This document shows positions 49,000-59,423 of a stretch of DNA of 64,000 nucleotides, one piece after another. The translations under genes and the position numbers were made by a program. The stretch is from Raillietiella orientalis. Lineage: Eukaryota. The notes beneath the pieces were generated by a model. It was not told the origin of the DNA and did no database searches. It saw nothing but the letters and a program-made list of their open reading frames with translations. Every line of letters begins with the position of its first letter. Positions within the stretch are counted from its first letter, which is position 1. The stretch spans positions 1,240,001 to 1,304,000 of the forward strand of contig JAYWIR010000016.1 of assembly GCA_036172245.1 (NCBI GenBank), given 5' to 3'.

Positions 49000-51570
49000 A
49001 ACTCGGGAAGAGAATATTTAGGCAGTAAAGGGAAAAGGTAGCGTGAGGAACCACGCAGGAGCCTCTCCGACGGCCTTTGCAGGATATCTGATCTCTCGCA
49101 GAGATTCATCTCCAAACATCTGGGGAAACTGGTTGCTTCTTCTTGAAAACCTCCTCTCTCGATCCGGAAATGTTTTCCTTTTGGGAGATTCCCGTGCGTG
49201 TACCCAACCAGTTAATGCCCGACTCACGCGTAGGCACTCGCGTTCTGGAGGTCAAATGCACGATCAATCCAGCTGGTGGTCACTGAGGTTCCCATCGATG
49301 CCTTCTTCGTTCTTCCCTGTAGGCACACAGGAAATGTTACAGAGCGATTGGGAAGGAGGAGTCATCTGCACGTGCATGGACGACTCGTGAGCAGAAATTC
49401 ATGCGCCATAGTGCTCACGAATGGCTCGAGAAGGATGCTCTCCGCCGAAGAGAGACGTTCAGACTCCTGAAGATGGAGACGAGACTTCCACCTCCGTTTC
49501 AAATGGAGCCTCCTTCCTGTCCGTGCTCCTAGTTCAGCTCTTGTGAACACCAGGATGATGGTGACAATATGCTTGAAAGCTGCGAAATTTGATGAAAGTA
49601 AAATAAACGAGTCTTCAGTGCTTGACCCATGACCTCAGTATCCTCATCTCTCCATCATCAGGGCACCCTGGGATATGTTAAAGCACATCGTCCATCTGCT
49701 CTACAATACGGAAGTAGCAACTTCAGGAAGCATTTGGAGATAAACATCCAAAACTGCCCTTGTTCAGAGTGCGGGAACTAGTATTAAAGGAGGGATGCGT
49801 GCAGCTGTGTAACAGAAGTCGTGGTACTGGAAAAGGAGAGCATCGCCTTAGATATCCGCTGTATCGAGAACAATGGCCAAATCTATCTCAACCGTAAAGA
49901 AATAGTGAATGCTTTCGAGCACCAACATACCATCTACTTCGGACGAAAGAGCCTCATCAAGACTGAGCAAGACATCATTTTGCCACACCTTCAGAAGATG
50001 AATCAACAGCAGCAGAACGAAATGACGGTGGGCTTCTCGCTCCAGATCGAGAGAGCGTTTGCTTGACTGCGAAAGGATGTGGCAGTGGGATCCGACAGAG
50101 TGGCCATCTCTCATTATCAGCTCTACCTACACGCCTATTTACCCTTGGGCTAACGCGAGCCAATGGGAGAAGCGATCTGGAATCCTGCATTTTCGGAAAC
50201 TTCTGGAGACCACAATGCACACTGCTTAGGGAACACTCAAAGCTTATCAGCAAGTTGAGTTACCTTGTGACATCTCGAATCAGGAAAACGAACCAGTGGA
50301 TGAGCATAGACCCCACATGGCCAAGGAAACGAACGCTGCTTACCATAAACCAGCCGAAAATGATCCCTAAAAACAAGGACTTTTGAGAAGAGAAACTAGT
50401 TTTAGTGATCTCCTACATCATTGTAGTGACGTAAGCAAAGAGAAATGGATCTAGTGGGGACCAGATATAATGACTGGGTAGTGCGAGCAGATTGCTAGGA
50501 GTGCAAACCACCATGAGATGCAACTGTTCCACCACAAAACAAGAATACAGTGCCGCGTAACCTACAAGACTTGAAAATTCATGTGGATTCAGAGTGTGGT
50601 CACTGTGAGAGCGAACACGAAACTGCATCCAAAGAAAGGACGCTGAAGAGGAGACCTTAGTCACGGCGTTGGCCTCCCTAGTCCATTCCACGCTGACAGC
50701 AGAATGATTGGCACAACAATCTGGGAGTCTAAACTTTCCTCCACAATTCAGTTTGATCTCCTGATGTTCTCTCACAAAGGGATTTTGTGTGGTACGAGAC
50801 GGTGCCTGTGGGCAAAGAAAACCCTCAGGGCAAGTTCCGTAAGGCAAGCGGAGGAAAAGAAACCCAGCTCCTCACATTCACCTGCCGAACGCTGCTTGTG
50901 TTGCATTGGGGACTCCTTTGCAGAGCACGCCTCTCCCAATGGGCACTCGGAAGTGTGGATGCCCGTTGTGCAGACTGCGGGGAACGGGAAAGGACCTGAT
51001 TATCGAGTGTCTCGCCCTCCGCCCAATGTGGAATCGACCGTCGTCGATCCTGAACATTCCCGTGGGCGACCCGAAGAACATTTTCCGTCGCCTCCTGATG
51101 CGGGACGCCCTGCCAGCAGCCGCGTGTGTAGCAGTTCTCTGCAGCATCCTGGAAGCGGAATCCTGGACAAATGGACCGAGTCGAGGAGAGGCCGCAACGG
51201 CCGGAGTGCCATTCACTGGGCAGCCGTCTCCATGGAGAAGGCTTCCCGATGGCGCCGGCTACGGGCTGTTCGACCGGCACTTGTCCGCATCCAAACCCGG
51301 ATGCAGAGGACCACTCGCGCGGCGAACGGTAATCCCTTCCCTGCCCTCCCCTTCCCGGAAAACATTGCGCTCCCCTTTTGACTTTGTTTATTTATTGATT
51401 TTTTTGTGGTTTTCCTTCCCCCATCGCCGGCAGAGAGGACCTCACCGGCCCGCGGGCCGGTAACGACCAGTGTTCCGAGACAGGCGGAACCACGTGTCCT
51501 GCCTCGAAGAATTTCAAAGACTTTGTTATGAGATTTTATTTTGTTCAAATTTTAATAATAATTTCCCCGG
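49000..51570 (+). mobile_element. Decayed L1/Tx1-like non-LTR retrotransposon (EN, RT N-terminus, zf-RVT, 3'UTR; RT core apparently missing)
   Basis: Motifs in order: 'LENLLSRSGNVFLLGDS' (APE GDFN-like), 'IRCIENNGQIYLNRKEIVNAF..YF', 'LRKDVAVGSDRV' (KSPGPDG-like), 'NFWRPQCTLL..SKLISK' (NWRPISLL..yKil.K), 'LVLHWGLLCRARLSQW...ARCADCGERE..LIIECLALRPMW' (zf-RVT-like), 'ALVRIQTRMQ', then a T-rich UTR. Many stops and frameshifts. Confidence 0.75.
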
Positions 51571-52756
51571 AATTTCCTGGTGAAATACCTGCCGAGCGCT
51601 GATCTAGGATTGGAAAGTGCTGAAGCAGGTGATGAGCTTGCGGAGGACGAGGACAGAAATCCCGAGTGGACGATTCGAGAAGGCGGGATGGTTCTCTAAT
51701 ACAAGCAAGAACGACTTCGTCATCACGAGGTCGAAGTTCAGATGTGGAAGGACCGCAGCAGCCCTGAAAATGCCCGCAGGGCTGTCTATGAAGGAGAGAA
51801 GCGTGCGCAGCTGCGAAAGGATCCCAGCAGGAGCACGTGGCTGCGGCTTACCGAAGGCGCGGGAGAGTGCCCGAGTGCAAGGTGACCATACTCCTCCAGG
51901 GTGAGGTCAGTGCGAAAGTGAGAGAGCTGGGAAAGAACTCGAAAATACTGAGACTTTGTTGTGAAGTATTTGTATTTCCAGCTTGTAATTTTGTTGTTTT
52001 GAATAAAATTACCCCACCTCTTGTCGATCTGGGGAAAATAGGTTCTGTTCGTCATCTTCATTATCAAATTGCGGTAGCTAATAGTGATACTAGACAAAGA
52101 GAAATAGTTTGATGTAACGAAAAGACTTTCTGACTATGATCTGTTTGATGCAGTCGTGATGCAATGTATTAAACTTTGTTTCCACGTATTTTCCTCGTAG
52201 AGTTTCCTATGTTGGATGTTGCTTTCAAACTTTTACTTGTTACGCATACTTTAAACTCTTTTCAGTCTTCAGTGGCTTTCACTGGTCTCATTCAAATTCA
52301 ATACTGGTAATATGGTGATGCATGGGAAATTATCATCATATTATAATTTAAGTCATAGAATTATGTTTCCAAATGAGAGCTTGTTAAATGCTTGAAGTTT
52401 CCTATAGCAACCTGGAACAGTAGTGAACCTTCATTAAAAAAAAAGGAAACAAGAGAGAAGTGTTCGGTAGAAAAAATTCCCCAAGGTGTTTTCTAATAAA
52501 AGTGATCAATTAAAGTTTTCTGATGAAAGTAGTTATAATTTTAAACTAATGCGTTCATTGATGGTAAAATAGTGATTGCTTGAAGTTCATGGAAGGATTG
52601 GACATTGATGCTGTTATCAAAACTGGGTCTCAAACTGGTGTTAGCAAATAATCATATTGTTGAAATCAACAAAAACCTTAGCACAAAAACACTGACGAAT
52701 GTTAAAGCGAAGTATTTCTGTTGGTTGTAATGTGACCTGTAAGAATTTTCGTCCAG

Positions 52757-52842
52757 GATTGCATGCTGCACAAAAATTTGATTATTTTTTGGTTGTTGAT
52801 TTTGAAGCCACGTGTTTGCAAGGAAGTAAAATAACACCCCAG
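52757..52842 (+). CDS. ERI3: ERI1 exoribonuclease 3-like (DEDDh), exon with ExoI motif
   Basis: cag|GA LHAAQKFDYFLVVDFEATCLQGSKITPQ|gtatgg; DFEATC is the ERI1/ERI3 ExoI signature. Confidence 0.9.
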
Positions 52843-52888
52843 GTATGGTGTTACAAAACTTAATCGGCTTTGCAACATTTTCCAACAG

Positions 52889-53012
52889 GAAGTAATCGAA
52901 TTTCCGTGTTTAAAAGTTTCCACCCGGTCTTTACTAGTTGAAAGTGTTTTCCATTCATATGTTAAACCGGTTGCACATGCAAAATTAAGCACTTTTTGTA
53001 CAGAACTTACAG
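52889..53012 (+). CDS. ERI3: ERI3-like exon
   Basis: caacag|EVIEFPCLKVSTRSLLVESVFHSYVKPVAHAKLSTFCTELT(G)|gtaatg; matches the EIIEFP, FH.YV.P and L..FCTELTGI motifs, with consistent phases. Confidence 0.92.
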
Positions 53013-53075
53013 GTAATGAAGCATTTTTGTGAGTCACTCTACCTACAAACTTGTTGTGCAAATAATATCCATTAG

Positions 53076-53290
53076 GCATAGTGCAAGATATGGTAGAAAA
53101 TGAACCAACCTTTCCTCAGGTCTTTGAAAAATTTAATAATTGGTTAAGAAATGAAGGTTTGCAAAATGAAGGCAACTGGACCTTTGTCACATGTGGAGAT
53201 TGGGATTTAGGCTCATTACTCCCTGAGCAATGCACACTCAGTAACATAAGTATTCCACCATGTTTTCATCAGTGGGTGAATATTAAAAAA
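53076..53290 (+). CDS. ERI3: ERI3-like exon with ExoII motif
   Basis: attag|(G)IVQDMVENEPTFPQVFEKFNNWL...FVTCGDWDLGSLLPEQC...FHQWVNIKK|gtaggt; FVTCGDWDL is characteristic of ERI3. Confidence 0.93.
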
Positions 53291-53602
53291 GTAGGTATTG
53301 TTTTTATACATCCTTGAAAGTTGTTTATGTTTTTTTTTCTTTTTGAACAGTTTTTTTGAATTATTTGTCTTACTTATCTGTGTAGACTCGATAGCAATGA
53401 AAGCTTTTTTTTTTTTTTTTTGAATTATTTATTATGCCTTACTAGTTGAAGCTGAGTTATTAATTTTTTGGTATGAAAATGAGTATTTTCATCAAGTTTT
53501 GTTACACTAATCAACAAAATGATGATCAGTCTTCATATATTACAAAGGATTCTGTGGTGTACTGCTTAGTTCTGTTTGCTTAATTTATCATTCTCACTAA
53601 TC

Positions 53603-53912
53603 TCTATAGTACTGTCTGAAAGAACGTAAACTGTTTCAGTTAGAAGATATAAGAGATTGGTCATGTGTGAATTGACCAGTTAAAAAAATCATGTCTCTGA
53701 AAGCAACATAACTCAGTAACTTATTAATTGAACTTTGCATGTATCTATGATTCTTGGATTGTTGTCTTGCAAAAATCTTTCTACTTATTTGTATACATAT
53801 TCAGTATTTTCGCCAAGCTCTAGATGTTTGATCCTCATCTTGGTATGTAAATGATGAATGTTCTCTGTATAAATCATGACACATGAATGACTGTGCAATC
53901 TTAATCACAGTC
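53603..53912 (+). repeat. ~300-bp AT-rich intronic repeat, copy A (copy B at 55711-55998)
   Basis: Blocks shared with copy B: ctatagtact..aaagaac.taaactgtttc.gttagaag, ttattaattgaa.tttgca, atgattcttgga, gtcttgcaaaaatctt.ctac, tattcagtatttt, tgtgcaatctt. Confidence 0.8.
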
Positions 53913-54433
53913 TGTTTGGTTTTAACTTGCAGTCCACTTGAAATTTGGCTGCATTCATGTTTTCGTATGTAAACATCTATTTCAGATGTTCATCCAAATT
54001 CATTTGTTCAATTTGTTTTTCATGGAGGAACAAAATGCAATCATTAATGAAATTCTAGCCTTTATTACAGTATTCACAGTATATTGCATTGACAGTGTTA
54101 ATAATGACATCTTTCTTCTTAATTAGGCTTATGTTTTTCTGTTTCTATACATTCTTATTAGGTTTTATTTAAGGTATAATGCACTCTTTCCTTCTCTGAA
54201 AAACTATTATAATCAGTAACCCTTTCATATATATAGTTTTTTTTATGTGTTTTCAAAAAGAGACCATACAGTTGCAGCTATTGATTTAAGGTACTGTAAC
54301 TCTATTAATATTGTACTACTGTTCTTGTTTAGTGAAAGCATTAATTTGTGAAATAACTGTTTAAGACTTTATAGCTGTTTTTTTTAAATAACCAGAAAAT
54401 TATTTTGTTCCATTTTTATTAAACATTTTACAG

Positions 54434-54530
54434 ATATTTGGAGCTCATATGGGTTTTTTCCCCCGGGGCATACATCCAATGATGAATAAACTACATCTTT
54501 CTCCAGAAGGACGGTTGCATAGTGGCATTG
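54434..54530 (+). CDS. ERI3: ERI3-like exon with the ExoIII His (last recognisable exon)
   Basis: tttacag|IFGAHMGFFPRGIHPMMNKLHLSPEGRLHSGI(+G)|gtaaca; G..HSGI normally continues DD in the next exon. Confidence 0.9.
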
Positions 54531-55710
54531 GTAACATATTTTATTTCAAACTTCCATTTTGGTTAATACAAGAGATATTTAGTAATGGTTTGCAAGATAT
54601 CATATTAGTAAGTTCTGCAATCAACAAATTCACTGTACATGAAGTTATCATAGAAGTTAGTATGCATACATAGAGATTGCTATATAATCATATACTTAGC
54701 ATAAATGAAGTCAGTATGCATCTCCATTATTTTCCCATTGTTTCTGATTGTGGTATTTGTTTTCCTTAATTCTTTTGGATGATTTCATTTGAGATGCATA
54801 CCATTTATGAGGTTGCTTCATCATTCTCTTCATTCTCTAAAATATTGCAACTCAGCTGAAACTGAAATTAGAAAGATTTGATTCAAAAAAAGAAACTTCA
54901 TATCAAATATCAACAGAAATCTAATTTTGATTAATGTAGTTGACAAAAAAACAAGTGGAGGTCGCAAAAAATATTAATTGCATTTAGGCCTTTAAAAATT
55001 TATAGATTGATTCCTTCTCATTGGATTCAAAGTTAGGATCTATGCGTGACAAATCTATGTTAAAGTTTATAGAATTCCAGTATTTTTCGAAGCAATGATT
55101 ATTCTAATTTCAAATATGCCCACTGTTTGCCAGTATGAATACTTTTTATCTTTTTACCTATAACTTTCTGTTAATTCATTTCCAATTTAAGAAACTAGTA
55201 GTTGTCACTGATTTGATTTGATTCTGCTTACTATGTAAATGTGCCATGGAAATTCGCGCCTTGTTCATTTAATTCTTAGTATTATTAGTGTGTGTAAGTA
55301 CATTGTATAATATAATGTATATTTTCAAAGTGCAGCGTTTTTTTTTTTCCTACCTGATTGCAAAGCGAAATTTCTATTTCTTCTATTAGTTATTCTCTAA
55401 TAGAAGTCATTTACAGCTTCATAGGAATCTTTTTAATTATAGCCCTTCTAGAATATGTCTTTAATGGAAAGTTAACTTGTAGATACTTCCGTAAATATCA
55501 ATTAATGATTGTTATAAATGCATTTTAGTGTTTTGTACTTGTAATGGAAAATTCCTAAAATACGTTATAATTACCAAGAAACAGTAAGAAAATGGCTGAC
55601 AAATTGATAGTTTTCAGAAGTAATGATAAGTTGCAGAATTGCTTAGCACAGTGATTTAGAAAGAAAGAATATGGCTGAATTTTAGAATTTAAGAGGAGAC
55701 ATTGTAATTT

Positions 55711-55998
55711 TCTATAGTACTTGTCAAAGAACATAAACTGTTTCTGTTAGAAGGTAGATTAGATTAGAAGATTAGCATTGAGGGAAACGTAACCCAGTAA
55801 ATTATTAATTGAAATTTGCACACATGCATGATTCTTGGAATATAGTCTTGCAAAAATCTTCCTACCTGCTTGTATATGTATTCAGTATTTTGATTACGTT
55901 CTATATGTTTAGCTCTCACTGTGATATGAGTGTTTCCTGCATAAGTAGTAATTCAATCAATTACACATGAAAAATTGTGCAATCTTCATTGCAGTCGG
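55711..55998 (+). repeat. ~300-bp AT-rich repeat, copy B
   Basis: Homologous to 53603-53912. Confidence 0.8.
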
Positions 55999-58900
55999 AA
56001 AATACATTTTGAGGGATGCATATCCATGAATGGTCACAGACACAGGTGAATTTACAGAGGAAATGAAACTCACGACAGACTCTACTATGGTGTTGAAAGT
56101 TGATGGGAAGATTTGGAATGATACTGAGAAATGAACCGTCATTCTTGAAATTTATTATTTTACATTATAGTTTAAAAGTCTGACAACAATAGTTCTCAAA
56201 TTTTGAATTAATTTGAGAGAAGTGCTAGCCAAGAAGTCAGTCAGACAGTTAATAAGAGGATCTAATCATAAAATTTGAAGGTAATGAATTTGCTGTTCAG
56301 AGTACTAAATGAAAGAAGGATATGGCATGATAGTTAAGAAACTTATTACATCTCCATCACAGGAGGAAATTGAAAAGAAAGGTTTTGGAAAAGTAAAGGT
56401 TTCTAAACTTGAAAAGAGTAAGTACGTACTTCTAATGAAAAAGCTAAGCTTGTATGTAAAAGCTTATCAATTTAGAATTGTTGATCAGCCTTTACATACT
56501 GTACGAAAGATAAGAAACAGTTATTGCATTATTAGTAAAATGTATTGAACAGTCCTCGTACAAGTTCATGAGATAAGTAGGAAAGTCAATACAGACATGA
56601 TAAATTTCATCATCATATATTAAAGTGTTTACAGAATGAAAAATTTCTTTTATGTTTTAATTTCTGAAAATCCTTATATCACTTAAAGTATAAATGAACC
56701 TGAACTAATGCAAATGCCCATTTCGAAAGATTTCAAGGAGAACACTTAGTGCACTTAGCTCTGATGATATTTTGGAACTGCATGAGAATCCATGATCTAC
56801 CAACTTGATGATAAATTCTTTAATGAATTGGCCATAGAGAAGTTGGCATAAAAAATTGGGAATTTCGTCCTAGAAAGCAGTTCATTTTCAAATGCTGTGC
56901 ATATATCTGCTTTTATTTTCATTGAATTAAAGGGCTTTTTGTTTCCTTTTTTTCCCCCAGAAAAAAAATTTCATTTTTGAAACCAATAAATAGTTTTTCC
57001 ACTGAGGAGGTTAAAATTTTCTAATGCTTTTTAATATTTTAAAAAATAATAACAGCAGATAATCTGTGATCAAATTTCCGTTGAGTCATGTTATGAGATC
57101 CAAGTAACTGTGATTGAAGATATCAGTTGAATATTTATTTACTCATCTTTAGCTTTTAGTAACTTTTTTTTTTGTTTGTCATTTTCTTAAAATATAGCCA
57201 CAATTTGGAGACAGTTATGTTTCTTCTCATTTATTATAAATTTTAGCATTTACTATTATTCATCCCATGTATTTTTTTGTTTGTGTTTTGCAGAACAGTA
57301 CATAGACAACACTATTGTAGTCTTTCTTCTGATTTTTATGCAGTCGTCAAGTCTCAAAAAGCATGGTTTTTTCATTATTTCTTTTTATAATTCGACTTTT
57401 GATAAAGTTTTCAACTAGCAATAATGCAAAGTCGCTTTAATTCTGTGACATGAGAATTTTCAGCAAAAAGTTTTTAAAAGGAAGGTATTTTCAGAGTAGT
57501 AATCCTGAAAGAGAAATACTTTTATACCTATACTCATACTTTTTTCTAGGAGAATGTTCGATAAAATGTAAGAAATAATGATAAGTGGTGATGAATGTTA
57601 GTTGCAGGTGGCATTATAGAATCCTTTTAATGGCCAACAGTGTGTGAGGGTGAGAGCAAAGATGAAAAATAAAGCAAGATGCTAATGACAGCAAGAATGG
57701 TATAACCTTTGTTAACTGTGAAAACAGTGCGTTCACACTTAAATAAGATTGCATACGTAAAGTAGAACTTTTGTATTCATATAATAAATAACTACCGATC
57801 ATGTTTTGTATGGTTATTAATTTGATGTACCAAAGTGAATTTTTTTTTTTTTTCAAAAAGTGGTGTACATATTTTATTTCCTATTCAGAAATGATTAATT
57901 GTTAACTATTAATCGTTAATGATTATTTGGATCTCTCAAAAAATAGTTGATTTAAGTGAATTTATCCTATTTATGTTGATACTCTCCTGGTACTTTGCTT
58001 TTTCATGGTTGTTTTAAGAATCCTAAGCAGCAGTCCGATTCTTGCTTTTCAGTAATTTCAAAGCTTGAAATACTCTTAGCCTTCTTTCGTTGGAGAAATG
58101 GAAAGGCAACAGCACATCCATGGTTGCAATATTGTGATATTATGTATGCGTCAGTACAGCCCATTTTTTTTTCATTAGGATTTGCTTGTTTGAATTTTGT
58201 AAATGCTTTTTCACCCTAGGCAAATCAAATTTTGCACTTGCTGTTTGCTTGCTTGTAGAGTGGCTTGCTTTGGAGAGGCATCCTTTTGAAAGCATTTCTT
58301 GTGACGAGTTCACAAAGCTTCTCTCTGATGCTCTGGATAGCATCCTCTCCCCCCCCCCCCCTCTAGTAATACTTACTAAATCTAAAGACCTAAACATGTA
58401 TTGCTGAGCTCCTAAGGTTTCTGGTATGTTTCCAGTATTGCCATTCCAACATTGATCAGAGGTTTGTCTCATTGATTAAGTGAGCGAACGTTCGTTGATT
58501 TGTTGGAAAAAATGATTTTCTGAACACATGGATAGCACATGGAGGTGATTTACTGTTGTTGAAATGTTTGTTCAGATGTTGTGATTAAGTTTGGATCGTC
58601 AGTTTTGTAATGTCTCATTAACTAGCTAATGGCTGTTGCTGTTCCATTTTACATTTGTACTCAGTGATTTAATTTTGATATGCCAAAATAAAAAAGCAGA
58701 ATTTTCCATTTCATCATTAACGTAGCACTAAAGTAATTCCTATTTTGGAGTATGGAACCGTCGACCTAGCGAATTATCAGTTGCAAACTATTTTATCTGC
58801 GTTCACATTAGAATTCTGCATGCATCTTAAATGAAATAAATTTTACTTTTTGTGTGTTTTTGGATCATTTTTAAACAAGGAAGTCTTCAGTTCTGCAAAT

Positions 58901-59317
58901 TTTCTCTTGTATATAAGAATTCGTTCGTTGAGATGGAACTTAGTAGTGGGCTGAATGATTCCAATAAAAGAGAGAGAGTTTGTGGATCATTTTCAGATTA
59001 TTTGCTTTTGATTTATTTTCTGGAATGAAATTTTCGCGAAGTATAAATGTGATGTGTTTTCTCATCTTTCAGCAATCACACGCCCAGGAAATTTTCCAGA
59101 GCTTTTTTAATTGCCGTTTTCGTTACCAGTGTGCATAGTAAGCTGGAATTCACAATAGTAATCATAACACCATAGCTTGCAAAGAAAGGTTTGCTGGAGG
59201 AATATGCTTGGAGTTTCGTTCTCGTTCGTACCATTTAATCCTGTCCTTTACGTTAAACGTAATTATACTGTGCATTAGGTATCGTTATTATACCGTGTAT
59301 TAGGTATCGTGCTATGG

Positions 59318-59423
59318 CATTGCTGCTTTTGGATTGTATTCTCTACGTTCACAGGGTGAGGTGTTTTCATTTTTTGCCCTCAGACAGTGTGAACGTAGAG
59401 AATACAATCCAAAAGCAGCAATG
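59318..59423. repeat. Perfect 36-bp inverted repeat with 34-nt spacer
   Basis: cattgctgcttttggattgtattctctacgttcaca (59318-59353) and tgtgaacgtagagaatacaatccaaaagcagcaatg (59388-59423) are exact reverse complements. Confidence 0.95.
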
